A stretch of DNA of 46,011 bases from an uncultured Methanosarcinales archaeon (GCA_964419615.1 CAYQPU010000010.1:1-46011); one strand, 5' to 3'; positions 29,287 through 39,247 are shown, counted from the stretch's first letter. Notes: generated by a model not told the origin, from the letters alone. Translations and numbers: made by a program.

Positions 29287-29619
29287 TCAAGTTGTTGTAA
29301 GGTCTCCCTCAATCAAAGCTTCCATACCTGCTATACTATTGCCAATATAGTATGTTCTAACAGCTTTACCTTCTAATTCTAAAGGTTCACATTTGTGTGG
29401 ATCAGCAAGAGTATGCACAGATTCCAAGTGGTATTCACTTTGTGATTCTCCTGGAACTACTTGCGGAACCTGGATTATATAACCAGAAGGAATAACAAAA
29501 TCTTCTTTCTCCATTTGAGCAATCCTAAGTTCACTATAGACAGCTCTGATGCTGGTAATCAGAGTGTCAAATCTTGAAAGACCAATCTCACTTTGAATTT
29601 TAACATGTTTTGATGTCAT
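29287..29619 (-). CDS. Hypothetical protein
   Basis: About 110-aa ORF; ATG 29619 chosen from TATA spacing. Confidence 0.55.
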   Translation of the reverse strand: MTSKHVKIQSEIGLSRFDTLITSIRAVYSELRIAQMEKEDFVIPSGYIIQVPQVVPGESQSEYHLESVHTLADPHKCEPLELEGKAVRTYYIGNSIAGMEALIEGDLTTT

Positions 29620-29702
29620 ATGTTTTGGAAACACAAATACACTTAATAATCTTATTATTAGACAACAATAACTTTAAAAATACAATCTGGTACTTGACAA
29701 CA

Positions 29703-29828
29703 ATGGCAAAAATTAACTTTTGGAAATGCACTTATTGCAAGGAACAAAACACTGATCTAAAAACTAAAACAAAAGATCACAAGATAATTTGTCCTAAATG
29801 TGGTAAAGAAAATAGGGTTTGTTTTTGA
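29703..29828 (+). CDS. Small Zn-ribbon protein (41 aa)
   Basis: MAKINFWKCTYCKEQ...ICPKCGKENRVCF has two CxxC motifs. TATA TTTAAAAA 30 nt upstream. Confidence 0.7.
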   Translation: MAKINFWKCTYCKEQNTDLKTKTKDHKIICPKCGKENRVCF

Positions 29829-29875
29829 CCAAAACCTTTATAAACACAATCAAACTTCTAATATACTGGGGTAAT

Positions 29876-29902
29876 GCCCGCTAACTACTTAGGTAGGAGG
29901 GT
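29876..29902 (+). promoter_or_regulatory. Ribosomal protein L1 autoregulatory mRNA site overlapping the rpl1 SD
   Basis: GCCC-GCUAA-CUAC-UUAG-GUAG-GAG-GGU: two helices flanking the GCUAA/GGAG asymmetric loop characteristic of L1 targets. TATA TTTATAAA at 29837-29844. Confidence 0.7.
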
Positions 29903-29905
29903 CAT

Positions 29906-30559
29906 ATGGAAAAAAAACAAGTTGAAGAAGCCTTAAAAAAAGTAAGAGCTGAATCTAAAAAAAGAAATTTTACTCAAACAATAGACCTTATTATTAACCT
30001 TAAAAATCTTAATCTTAAAAAAACTGAACATCAACAAGATTTCTTTTTACAATTAAAACATCCAATTGGAAGAAAAATGAAAATTTGCGCTTTAATTGGA
30101 CCTGAACTCAAAGATGGTGCAACTGGAATTGTTGATACGATTATTCTTGCAGACGACTTTGACAAATATGCAAAAGACATGAAACTTACAAAAAAATTAG
30201 CATCAGAACATGACTACTTTATTGGCCAAGCAAATATCATGCCAAAGATTGCGACAGCTTTTGGACGAGTATTAGGTTCAAGAGGAAAAATGCCTAACCC
30301 TAAAGTGGGTGGAGTTGTTCCTCCAAATGCTAATCTAAAACCACTTTGTGAAAAACTACAAAAAACAATCAGAGTGACTTCAAAAAAATCACCAGTTATT
30401 CATCTAGCTGTTGGTAAAGAAGACATGGAAGATGTACAAATCATAGAAAATGTAATTACTATCTATAACTCAATTGCACACAATCTTCCAAATGCTCATC
30501 ACAATGTCAAATCAATCATAATTAAACAAACAATGGGTGCTCCGGTGAGGATACAATGA
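29906..30559 (+). CDS. rpl1: 50S ribosomal protein L1
   Basis: KRNFTQTIDLIINLK, GRVLGSRGKMP, KQTMG. Confidence 0.98.
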   Translation: MEKKQVEEALKKVRAESKKRNFTQTIDLIINLKNLNLKKTEHQQDFFLQLKHPIGRKMKICALIGPELKDGATGIVDTIILADDFDKYAKDMKLTKKLASEHDYFIGQANIMPKIATAFGRVLGSRGKMPNPKVGGVVPPNANLKPLCEKLQKTIRVTSKKSPVIHLAVGKEDMEDVQIIENVITIYNSIAHNLPNAHHNVKSIIIKQTMGAPVRIQ

Positions 30560-31410
30560 AAAAGAAAGGAGACGTAGCTGGACACAAGAAGAAAACAGTA
30601 AAGGATTTAGTCAAGCTGTTTAATGAGTATGCTATAGTTGGAGCTCTAAACATGGAAAACCTTCCTGCAAAACAGCTCCAACGAATAAAAAAATCTTTGA
30701 GAGACAAAGCAGAATTCTTCATGACAAAAAGAAGATTAATAAAAATTGCAATTGGAAAAGCTGATAACAAAGAGCTTGAAAAATTAGTACCTTATTTAGA
30801 GGGTATGCCTGCTTTGCTATTCACAAAAGAAGATCCTTTCCAGCTTGCAAATGAGATCAACAAGAAAAAATCAAAGGCACCAATCAAAGCTGGACAAATC
30901 GCTCCAAATGACATCACAGTTAAAGCAGGACCAACTCAATTCTTACCTGGTCCAATCATAAGTGAGCTAGCAGGCGTTGGTATTAAAACAAGTATAGACC
31001 AAGGTAAAATAAAAATTGAAAATGATACTGTTGTCGCTAAAAAAGGTGACGAAGTAAATGATAAACTTGCGGGATTATTGCAAAGGTTTGGAATTGAACC
31101 AGTTGAAATTGGTCTAAAGCTAGTTGCAGTTTTTGATAATGGAAGTATATTTACAGAAGATGTATTGTTTGTTGATGAACAAGAATATCTTGATAAAATC
31201 GCACTGGCAAATTCAAATGCTTTAGCACTTGCACTAGAAACAGGAATTATCACAGATGAGACAATAAAAATTCTACTAAGTAGAGCTCATCAAGACGCTG
31301 TTTGTCTTGCACTTGAAAAAGATATCATGACAGATGAAACAGTCAAGAATATTTTGGCTAAAGCTAATAATCAATCAAATATAATTAAAGCTATGATCAA
31401 GGAGGTATAA
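30556..31410 (+). CDS. rpl10: 50S ribosomal protein L10 (P0)
   Basis: LQRIKKSLR, GMPALLFT, APNDITVKAGPT..PGP. Confidence 0.97.
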   Translation: MKKKGDVAGHKKKTVKDLVKLFNEYAIVGALNMENLPAKQLQRIKKSLRDKAEFFMTKRRLIKIAIGKADNKELEKLVPYLEGMPALLFTKEDPFQLANEINKKKSKAPIKAGQIAPNDITVKAGPTQFLPGPIISELAGVGIKTSIDQGKIKIENDTVVAKKGDEVNDKLAGLLQRFGIEPVEIGLKLVAVFDNGSIFTEDVLFVDEQEYLDKIALANSNALALALETGIITDETIKILLSRAHQDAVCLALEKDIMTDETVKNILAKANNQSNIIKAMIKEV

Positions 31411-31413
31411 GAG

Positions 31414-31719
31414 ATGGAATACGTGTATGGAGCTATGTTACTGCACAAAGCAGGCCAAGAAGTTAATGAAGCTAACATGAAAAAAGTGCTCACAGCTGCA
31501 GGAGTTAAAGCAGATGAAGCCAGAATCAAAGCACTGGTTGCAGCACTAAAAGGTGTTAACATTGACGAGGCAATCGAACAAGCAGCTCCCGTCGCTGTTG
31601 CTGCAGCCGCACCGGTTGCTGCTGGTGAAAAGCCAGCTGAGAGTAAACCTAAAGAACCTGAAGAGGAAAAGGTCTCAACAGAAGAAGCAGCTGCAGGACT
31701 TGGATCATTGTTCGGTTAG
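31414..31719 (+). CDS. rpl12: 50S ribosomal protein L12 (aP1)
   Basis: [11 protein letters not shown] ... Ala-rich hinge ... [10 protein letters not shown]. Confidence 0.98.
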   Translation: MEYVYGAMLLHKAGQEVNEANMKKVLTAAGVKADEARIKALVAALKGVNIDEAIEQAAPVAVAAAAPVAAGEKPAESKPKEPEEEKVSTEEAAAGLGSLFG

Positions 31720-31736
31720 GATGTTAGTTGGTTGCT

Positions 31737-32624
31737 ATGCTGACGGAGAAAGAGAAGAAAGAATTATTGGAGAATTTAGATAAGTCTAATAGAAATATCT
31801 CTGAAATCAGAAAACAGCTAAACTCACTTGACAGGCAAAAAGAAGCTGCCTTTGAAAAAAGGCAGGCTGTTTCAAAAAATATTTCTGATTTGATTAATAA
31901 AATCAAGAGAATTAAATCTGATAGAGACAGCTTTACTACTAAAGTCAAGCAAAACAAAGGAAAAAGACAGGAACTTAGTAAATCTATAAAACAAAAAATT
32001 GGTGAATTCAAAGAACTTGACAAAGAGCGAAAAACTCAAATGGAAAAGCACGATGTCAAGCTTTCTCCGGAAAAAATCAAAAAGGATATTGCTAAGCTTG
32101 ACATGAGAATTGAAACTGAAGCTTTAACTTTTACTAATGAAAAAAAAGTAATGAAGCAAATCAAAGACTTGAAAAAACTTTACAAAGAAACAAGTGGTGT
32201 AAGTGAGTCTTTTAAAAAAGCAAAAGAATGCTCAAAAGAAATTGAAAAGTTAAAAAAGGAACAAGAACAATTTCACTCAAGTGTAGAAGATTTTGCTGAG
32301 AAAGGCCAGGAAAAACATGAAGAAATGATTGAATTTAGCAAACAAGTAGATGAGTTAAAAGAAAAAGAAGTTGAGTTAAACAAAATATTTCTAGAAGAAA
32401 AAGAAAAATTCACAGAAACTAACGAAGAACTAAAAAAAGCTCTTCATGAGCTAAAGGATGTAAGAGCTACACTTGATAAGCATAAAATTAAAATAAAGCA
32501 AGATAGTCAAAAACAAATAAAAGCTAGCTTAAAGGAAAAAGAAATGCAAGTTGAAGAAAAAATAAAGAAAAGAATTAAACTTACAACAGAAGATCTTCTT
32601 GTGTTTCAAAGAAAAAAGAATTAA
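31737..32624 (+). CDS. Archaeal coiled-coil protein (COG1340-like)
   Basis: K/E-rich heptads, IETEALTFTNEKKVM, LTTEDLLVFQ. Confidence 0.75.
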   Translation: MLTEKEKKELLENLDKSNRNISEIRKQLNSLDRQKEAAFEKRQAVSKNISDLINKIKRIKSDRDSFTTKVKQNKGKRQELSKSIKQKIGEFKELDKERKTQMEKHDVKLSPEKIKKDIAKLDMRIETEALTFTNEKKVMKQIKDLKKLYKETSGVSESFKKAKECSKEIEKLKKEQEQFHSSVEDFAEKGQEKHEEMIEFSKQVDELKEKEVELNKIFLEEKEKFTETNEELKKALHELKDVRATLDKHKIKIKQDSQKQIKASLKEKEMQVEEKIKKRIKLTTEDLLVFQRKKN

Positions 32625-32643
32625 GTAAAAAAAACTTCGATTA

Positions 32644-33225
32644 TTATAATCGAGTTATTTCTATTGTTTCTTGCATATAACACAGTTTAAGATCATGCGG
32701 GTCAATAATGTCTCCCATTTGGACAGCCAATCTTGGCTCATAATCTTTAGTTATTGCTCCAAGTATGGCATCCGAAACATCTTCAAGTGTTAATGCTGTT
32801 GCTGTTAGTTTGTGTGTTGACTCAAGATTTTGACTTTTCACAAAACTTCTACCAAGTTGCCAAAATGGAAAAACATCCTGCATATATTCAAGCAGAACAT
32901 GTGCATATTCTTCATGATGCATTAAATTAATATCATCAAACTCAAAACCTTCCCGGTGATATATTTCAAAAAGAGCATTTTTATACATCTCCATTAAACC
33001 AAAACTAATATGCATGTCCTTCATTGGAACTTCTGCAAGCTCCATTTCTACAAACCACCCATTAGCTTCAAATGACTTTACTAAATAGAAAGGACCCTCA
33101 AATTCACACCAGGGAGTGTTGTCTAAAAAACTAATTCCATTAAGTATTTGCCCATAAGGTATGTCTCCCATACCATGAAAAAAATCTTCATTTTCCGTAA
33201 ACCAATTTGGTAAATCCTTATTCAT
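32644..33225 (-). CDS. Hypothetical protein (intact paralog of 34198-34795)
   Basis: SD AGGTGG before ATG 33225; colinear similarity to the broken copy. Confidence 0.7.
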   Translation of the reverse strand: MNKDLPNWFTENEDFFHGMGDIPYGQILNGISFLDNTPWCEFEGPFYLVKSFEANGWFVEMELAEVPMKDMHISFGLMEMYKNALFEIYHREGFEFDDINLMHHEEYAHVLLEYMQDVFPFWQLGRSFVKSQNLESTHKLTATALTLEDVSDAILGAITKDYEPRLAVQMGDIIDPHDLKLCYMQETIEITRL

Positions 33226-33367
33226 CTTCAACCACCTTTTAATTGGGTAAAGAAAGTACTTATTAAACTTTTTTGTTTTTGTTACCCTAAAATGAGAAAT
33301 TCAAAGGTAAGTTATATATAACAATACAAATTACTCAAACTTAAGGTAAGTAATGCACAGGTAAAAA

Positions 33368-34195
33368 ATGAATACTAAAAAAATTGAAGAATCAATTCAA
33401 AGATTTGCAGCTGAGAACTATCCAGAATTACATGTAGTTACAACTGTTACGGATTTACCTGTGGATACAATCTCACTTGATGAAGAACTTAGTCAAAAAA
33501 CCGTACCTGCAGTTACAATAGAATCAAATGTTGCATTAATATATAGAGCATATGTTGCAGAAAGTCCATTTATACTAGATGCATGGCATTTTATTGAATC
33601 TTTTAAAACTCGGCATGATACACCAAGATTATTTGAAACAGTCGATGCAACACATGGAATATTATACCAACTAGATCAATCATTACGTGAAGAAAGTATG
33701 ACTAATGAACCAAAAGATGAAGTATATTCAAATGCTGCAGTTGATCTAAACATCCTATGCCAAGAAGTTGATCAGGTTTTACCTCAAATTTTGAATCTAA
33801 CAATATTTCCTGAAAATGATGAAGAGCTTTTCAAGAGGCTTCATAATCTTGATTATGCAGTCCAAGATCTTAGTGAGAGAATCAGATTAAGATCTTTGAG
33901 AGTCTATGTACCTGAACAAATAGAAACTTCTGTTGATTATTTCTTGACAGAAAATGAGTGGGCAGTTGTGGATAATGAACTTGCAGGAAATATGAAAAAA
34001 TTGTGGGGTCATAGTAATCTGTTAGGTTGGCATGTTGAGCAATTGAACCAGGGAATGATAAGACGAGATACTCCATCTGATGAGGCTTTATATAAACTGC
34101 AAGCAACAGCAAAAAGAATTGGAGAATTATTACCTAGAGCTAAAGATGAGGCAGATAAGATTTTACATAAGTATAAACCAGATAATGGAAAATAA
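33368..34195 (+). CDS. Hypothetical helical protein
   Basis: 275-aa ORF; no motif recognised. Confidence 0.7.
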   Translation: MNTKKIEESIQRFAAENYPELHVVTTVTDLPVDTISLDEELSQKTVPAVTIESNVALIYRAYVAESPFILDAWHFIESFKTRHDTPRLFETVDATHGILYQLDQSLREESMTNEPKDEVYSNAAVDLNILCQEVDQVLPQILNLTIFPENDEELFKRLHNLDYAVQDLSERIRLRSLRVYVPEQIETSVDYFLTENEWAVVDNELAGNMKKLWGHSNLLGWHVEQLNQGMIRRDTPSDEALYKLQATAKRIGELLPRAKDEADKILHKYKPDNGK

Positions 34196-34197
34196 CA

Positions 34198-34795
34198 TTA
34201 TAATTCTAATTCTTTGATCTCAACAGTATGTTCAAATAAGCAACCATAAATTGTCATTGGTTCAATTACGTTACCTACTTCAAACTCGCTTGTAGGATCA
34301 TAATTGTCATAGACTGAAGCTTGTAGTGGATGCATATCTTCTAGTAAAATATGGAGTGGAATTATGCTTCCATTGAGTCTATGTGTTGGTTCAGTACAAT
34401 TTCGTTTCTCATACACCATTGATAATCTGCAGATAGGACTACTAACTTTTCTAAACATTTCAAGTGCTTGATCATTACCTTTAATGTGCATGTCATGGAT
34501 TCTATCAAGACCAAACTTTCTAATGATATCTGCTTGAGAATATGAATATAGTGTTGCTAATCCCTCACTAATCCTTCTGATCTTCCTTTGGTATTAATGA
34601 AAGATCTGCCCAAACCTCATGACCGTGATGTGGGAAGGTACTTGCTAATATTACATAATGAGGACCCTCTGTTCGCACAGGAGCTGTTTCAACAATTTCT
34701 GCATTTTTTAAAACATAATTAAAAGCTTCATCTCCCATACCTCTAAAAATAACTTCATTCTCAGCTAACCATTTTGGTATATCTTTATCTGTCAT
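34198..34795 (-). pseudogene. Frameshifted paralog of 32644-33225
   Basis: The ORFs 34568-34795 and 34198-34491 join into one reading frame if one base near 34575-34576 is removed (EDQ-RISEGL). Confidence 0.7.
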
Positions 34796-34884
34796 CTTAA
34801 CTTCAATACACAGGATTAAATCTTTTATATATAAATCTTTCTATTTTCACCACTTAAAAATAACAAATAAATTAAATTTTAGAA

Positions 34885-35031
34885 TCAAGATTGTTTCTTA
34901 AACTCAGTATAACCACACTTGCCACAAGTACTTCTGTTCTTGTGTTCAGCTAGAAAAACACCTTTACCGCACTTAGGACATTCAGATCTTTTACTTGCAC
35001 CTTTTTCATACAATTCCCAGACATTAGCCAT
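34885..35031 (-). CDS. rps27ae: 30S ribosomal protein S27ae (eS31)
   Basis: [48 protein letters not shown]; below the ORF-track cutoff, canonical position after rps24e. Confidence 0.96.
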   Translation of the reverse strand: MANVWELYEKGASKRSECPKCGKGVFLAEHKNRSTCGKCGYTEFKKQS

Positions 35032-35554
35032 CTTTTTTCACTTCCTCTGTTGCTTTTTGTTTTGGCTCTTCTTTAGGTTTTTCTGCCTTAGGACTTTCCT
35101 TTTTGGGATCTTGTTTTTGTTCTTCCTTTTTCTCTGCTTTTTCTTCTGTCTTAACTGGTGCCTTTTCCTCTTTAGGTTTTTCTTTTGACTTGTCAGCCTT
35201 ATCTTCTGCACCATCTTTAGGAGCATCTTTTGGTTTTGCTTCTTCAGCCGGAGCTTCAACCTTTTCAGCTGCTTTTGGTTTTTCCTTTGGCTTTTTTTCA
35301 AGTCTATCAAGAATATATTTAGGCTCTTTTACATCCTCTTTTTTCTTATAAATATTAGCAGTAACAGTTGCATTTCTAAAACCAAAACTAGTGTCAATTT
35401 TTTGTATAAAAACTAATTCTTCTTTTGCTTTAAATTTATCAGCTACCTGTTTTCTAATCTTTTGTCTTGTCGGAGTTGGCCCTTCAAAATTAATTTTCAC
35501 ACAAACTTCCTTTCTTGCCATTAAAGGCCTTTCTTCTTCAAATATAATTTCCAT
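35024..35554 (-). CDS. rps24e: 30S ribosomal protein S24e with a long K/E/P/A-rich tail
   Basis: [25 protein letters not shown], followed by about 80 aa of low complexity. Confidence 0.93.
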   Translation of the reverse strand: MEIIFEEERPLMARKEVCVKINFEGPTPTRQKIRKQVADKFKAKEELVFIQKIDTSFGFRNATVTANIYKKKEDVKEPKYILDRLEKKPKEKPKAAEKVEAPAEEAKPKDAPKDGAEDKADKSKEKPKEEKAPVKTEEKAEKKEEQKQDPKKESPKAEKPKEEPKQKATEEVKKDG

Positions 35555-35555
35555 T

Positions 35556-35738
35556 TTAAATCTTAACTGCGTATTCCCCCTTAACTTCAACTTCCATTTT
35601 CTCTGCCACAGCAGATTTTTTTACATCAAGAACATAAACTCTTCCTTTCCAATTAGTGGAAAATTGATTATTTTTACAAATAGGGCAATTCTTGCCATCA
35701 ACAAAAATCTTGCATGTTTTACAAACTTTCTTTTTCAT
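35556..35738 (-). CDS. spt4: Transcription elongation factor Spt4 (RpoE2)
   Basis: CKTC...CPIC...STNWKG...GEYAVKI. Confidence 0.95.
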   Translation of the reverse strand: MKKKVCKTCKIFVDGKNCPICKNNQFSTNWKGRVYVLDVKKSAVAEKMEVEVKGEYAVKI

Positions 35739-36280
35739 TTTTTCTTTTCCTTTTCTTCATAAATCCAATCTAACCTTCCAAGGCCAGGCTGCCTCATTGT
35801 AAGCCCTATCTTTGGATTGCTAATATCTTTATAACTCACAGCAATAACTCTTGCCATGCACTTATCACCAATTTTTAATGATCTTTTAGTCTCTTTACCT
35901 TGCAAAGCTTTTTCCTTACTAAAACTAACAAAATCATCCATTGTTTGAGAAATGTGAATCATGCCTTCAATTGGACCAATATTAAGAAAAGCTCCAAAAT
36001 CAGCAATATCCTTAATTCTACCCGGCAAAACCTCTTGAAGTTCTGGTTTAAAACTAATAATCTCAAATGATGTCTCATAATATGAAGCTCCATCACCTGG
36101 AACAATAGTGCCCTCCCCAATTGAAGTCACTTTAGAAGCATCAATAACAATGCCAATTTCCTTTGAAATATGACCTTCATAATCCTTTTTAACCATCTCT
36201 AGTACTGCTTCATCAACTTTGGATCCGAACAAATCTGGCGGAACTCTGATATGATCTTTTATTTGGGTTCTGTAGAACAT
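35735..36280 (-). CDS. rpoE: RNA polymerase subunit Rpo7 (RpoE1)
   Basis: IRVPP..FG, GDGASYY, S1 domain (DFGAFLNIGPIEGMIHISQ), IGLTMRQPGLG. Confidence 0.98.
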   Translation of the reverse strand: MFYRTQIKDHIRVPPDLFGSKVDEAVLEMVKKDYEGHISKEIGIVIDASKVTSIGEGTIVPGDGASYYETSFEIISFKPELQEVLPGRIKDIADFGAFLNIGPIEGMIHISQTMDDFVSFSKEKALQGKETKRSLKIGDKCMARVIAVSYKDISNPKIGLTMRQPGLGRLDWIYEEKEKKK

Positions 36281-36342
36281 AACTAAAGGTAGAAACAGGT
36301 CATTTTTAAACCTTTTGGAAAAAATCCATATATAATCTAGTA

Positions 36343-36729
36343 TTAGGCTTGAACAAGGTGCAAATGACTCTTTTTTCTCATAACAACAACAGATATACCC
36401 TTTTTAAGTAAAAAGCTCTTTAGCTCCTTATCCACTGTAGCAACAACATCACCTTCCTTGATGCCATTCAAAATAGCCTTATCAACATACTCATCATCAG
36501 TCTCAATAACTTCAATGTTGGCAAAATCAATAAGTTGCCTTCCCATTTTTGCAGCCCTTTTGTCTTTCCCTTTCCCTTTTTGCATCAGATTATCAAGTTC
36601 TCTTAGAGTCGGCTTTACAACATAAAGTTCAAAATCACTAGGCACCAATCTTGTTAATTCAGAAAAAATGTCTATCTTAAACTGGCTCGGGATTAAAAGA
36701 AAATTTGTATCTAGGATAACTCTTATCAT
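36343..36729 (-). CDS. PIN-domain protein (Fcf1/Utp24-like)
   Basis: VILDTNFL, ELDNL, VDKAI, VATVDKEL; conserved position upstream of rpoE. Confidence 0.9.
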   Translation of the reverse strand: MIRVILDTNFLLIPSQFKIDIFSELTRLVPSDFELYVVKPTLRELDNLMQKGKGKDKRAAKMGRQLIDFANIEVIETDDEYVDKAILNGIKEGDVVATVDKELKSFLLKKGISVVVMRKKSHLHLVQA

Positions 36730-36771
36730 AATTAATCCTGGTGATCCAGAGATTAAAAAACTTTTGGTTTG

Positions 36772-39156
36772 TTAATTACTTTTAAGTTTGATCTTATCTT
36801 TTCCAAAAGCGATAGTCTTAGCTTTGACAACAGCCTTAAGATCATCAATAACATGCTCAATCTTATCTTTGAATTCAGAGTTAATCTCAAGTTCTATCTC
36901 TTTTGCCAAACTAACTTTCTTATCTGTTTTGTACTTTCTTACTGCATCAATATAATCAATTGCTGTATTCCCAAACTCTTCACTTTTCTCGTCAACAAGA
37001 TTCTCATCAAAGTTTGGCCAGGACAAATTATGCACACTTTTTTCTCCTTCTCTTTGTCTAAAAAACATCTGATAAATTTCCTCAGTAATAAACGGCATAA
37101 AAGGGGCAGTGAGCTTTAATATGGTCAGTAAAGAATAATACAATGTATATTGGGCAGAACACTTGGCATCTTTTCCTCGTATGTCCGGATTATACAATCT
37201 ATCTTTAATAATCTCAAGATAATAATCACAAAAAACATTCCAAAAGAAATTCTCTGCTTCAGCCTTTACCTTAGAATACTCATACTTATCAAATGACTCA
37301 GTACAATTCTTAACAAGATTTTGAATCTTGGACAACATCCATTTATCAAAAACTTCCAGTTCAGGTTTGGAACCATCATACTCTTCCAGATGCATAATTG
37401 CGAACTTTGATGCATTCCATAATTTGTTAACCATCTTTTTGGCAGTAACCAAATCTTTTTCTTGGAATGGAAGGTCCTCTCCAAGCTTTGAACCAGCAGC
37501 CCAAAATCTTAAACAATCTGCACTATACTTTTCAATCATAATTCTTGGATCAATAACATTACCTTTTGACTTTGACATCTTTTTTCCCTTTGGATCAAGA
37601 GCCCAGCCAGAAACAACACAATCCTTCCATGGATTAACATTGCTATGCAATTGTGACTTAACAACAGTATTAAACAGCCAAAAAGTAATAATGTCATGTG
37701 CTTGTGGCCTCATACTCATTGGATAAAGTTTATCATACATCTCTGGCACCAGTGAAGCTGCAATCTGAGGAGTTAATGACGACGTTGCCCAAGTGTTAAT
37801 AATATCCGTCTCTGGAATAATTTCAGCACAACTACATTTTGGACATTTATCAACTGGTGCTTTATCAACTATAGGATCAACAGGTAAATCAGCTTCATTA
37901 GCAATAATAATCTCATCACAATCTTTACAATACCAAACTGGAAATGGAATACCAAAATAAATCTGCCTTGAAATACACCAATCCCACTGCAGACCATTAA
38001 CCCAATTCTCATAACGATTCCGCATATGATCAGGATACCAATTCAACTCTTTACCCCACTTCATCATATCTTCCTTTAAATCAAGATACTTGATAAACCA
38101 CTGCTTTGAATGAATAAACTCAACCTCAGTTCCACAACGTTCATGAACATTAACAGAGTGAGTAATTGGTTTTTGATTTCTAAGTAAACCTTGAGTTTTC
38201 ATATCCTCAATAATCTTATTTCTTGCATCCTTCATATCCATTCCCTGATAACTTTTTGCAATTTCTGTCATCTTACCATCTTTGGCAATTGCCTCTCTAA
38301 TTGGTAGATTGTATGCTTTTTGCCATTCACAATCAGTTGAATCACCAAAAGTACAACACATAACAATACCCGTTCCTTTCTCTGGATCAGCTCTTTCATC
38401 CTCCATAATTGGAACTTCTAAATCAAACAAAGGAACCTTTGCTTTTTTACCAAGCAAATGCTTGTACCTAGGATCTTTTGGATTGTAAAAAACAGCAACA
38501 CATGCTGGTAAAAGCTCTGGTCTGGTAGTTGCAATAAGTAATTCCTCACCATCAACAGAAAACACAATATCATTAAAATGAGAAGCCTTCTCAGCATCCT
38601 CACACTCAACTTGTGAAATAGCTGTCTGACATTTTGGACAAAACATAGCAGGAGCTTTTGTTCTATATTCTCTACCTGATTTATACAAATCAATAAATGA
38701 CTTTTGTGAAATCTTTCTTGGTAAATCCTTAATTGTCTCATACATTAAATTGAAATCACAACTCATACCAATCTTTTTCCAATCAGAAACAAAATCATCA
38801 ATAATCTCTTCATCTAAAACCTTCATGCAAAACTGTCTAAACTTTTCTCTACCCATATCAACAGCACGAACATTCTTAGTTCTTTCAATTAATAGCTGAG
38901 TAGGTAAACCATTCCCATCTGCTCCAAAAGGATAAAAAACAGAAAAACCTGCCATTTTTTTATAACGAGCAATAAAGTCTTGTTGTGAATATGAAAAAGC
39001 ATGACCCAGATGCATTCTGCCTGAAACAGTAGGCGGAGGGGTATCTATGCTGTAGATTGGTTTATTAGAATTCTTGTCAAAACTAAATATACCTTCGTCT
39101 TGCCAAAACCTCTGCCACTTAGGCTCACTTTCTTTTGAATCATAATGTTTTTTCAT
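36772..39156 (-). CDS. valS: Valyl-tRNA synthetase
   Basis: DTPPPTVSGRMHLGH (HIGH), DWCISRQ, KMSKS. SD GGAGGT at 39169-39164 supports ATG 39156. Confidence 0.97.
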   Translation of the reverse strand: MKKHYDSKESEPKWQRFWQDEGIFSFDKNSNKPIYSIDTPPPTVSGRMHLGHAFSYSQQDFIARYKKMAGFSVFYPFGADGNGLPTQLLIERTKNVRAVDMGREKFRQFCMKVLDEEIIDDFVSDWKKIGMSCDFNLMYETIKDLPRKISQKSFIDLYKSGREYRTKAPAMFCPKCQTAISQVECEDAEKASHFNDIVFSVDGEELLIATTRPELLPACVAVFYNPKDPRYKHLLGKKAKVPLFDLEVPIMEDERADPEKGTGIVMCCTFGDSTDCEWQKAYNLPIREAIAKDGKMTEIAKSYQGMDMKDARNKIIEDMKTQGLLRNQKPITHSVNVHERCGTEVEFIHSKQWFIKYLDLKEDMMKWGKELNWYPDHMRNRYENWVNGLQWDWCISRQIYFGIPFPVWYCKDCDEIIIANEADLPVDPIVDKAPVDKCPKCSCAEIIPETDIINTWATSSLTPQIAASLVPEMYDKLYPMSMRPQAHDIITFWLFNTVVKSQLHSNVNPWKDCVVSGWALDPKGKKMSKSKGNVIDPRIMIEKYSADCLRFWAAGSKLGEDLPFQEKDLVTAKKMVNKLWNASKFAIMHLEEYDGSKPELEVFDKWMLSKIQNLVKNCTESFDKYEYSKVKAEAENFFWNVFCDYYLEIIKDRLYNPDIRGKDAKCSAQYTLYYSLLTILKLTAPFMPFITEEIYQMFFRQREGEKSVHNLSWPNFDENLVDEKSEEFGNTAIDYIDAVRKYKTDKKVSLAKEIELEINSEFKDKIEHVIDDLKAVVKAKTIAFGKDKIKLKSN

Positions 39157-39217
39157 CTTAATAACCTCCATTAATAGCTGATATATAAAATTAACTAGAG
39201 AAAACACAATGAGGGGC

Positions 39218-39247
39218 TCAAGCCACCACTACAACAACATGTGTCAT
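39218..39247 (-). CDS. Putative valS leader peptide MTHVVVVVA
   Basis: ATG ACA CAT GTT GTT GTA GTG GTG GCT TGA: five consecutive Val codons, 61 nt upstream of valS and 30 nt downstream of a TATA box. Confidence 0.7.
   Translation of the reverse strand: MTHVVVVVA

Noticed and set aside
30522-38741. Short ORFs overlapping rpl10, rpl12, the coiled-coil gene, rps24e and valS (including 31553-31783, 34919-35351, 36769-37119)
   Set aside because: Shadow frames of real genes; the low-complexity ones simply mirror the K/E-rich codons.
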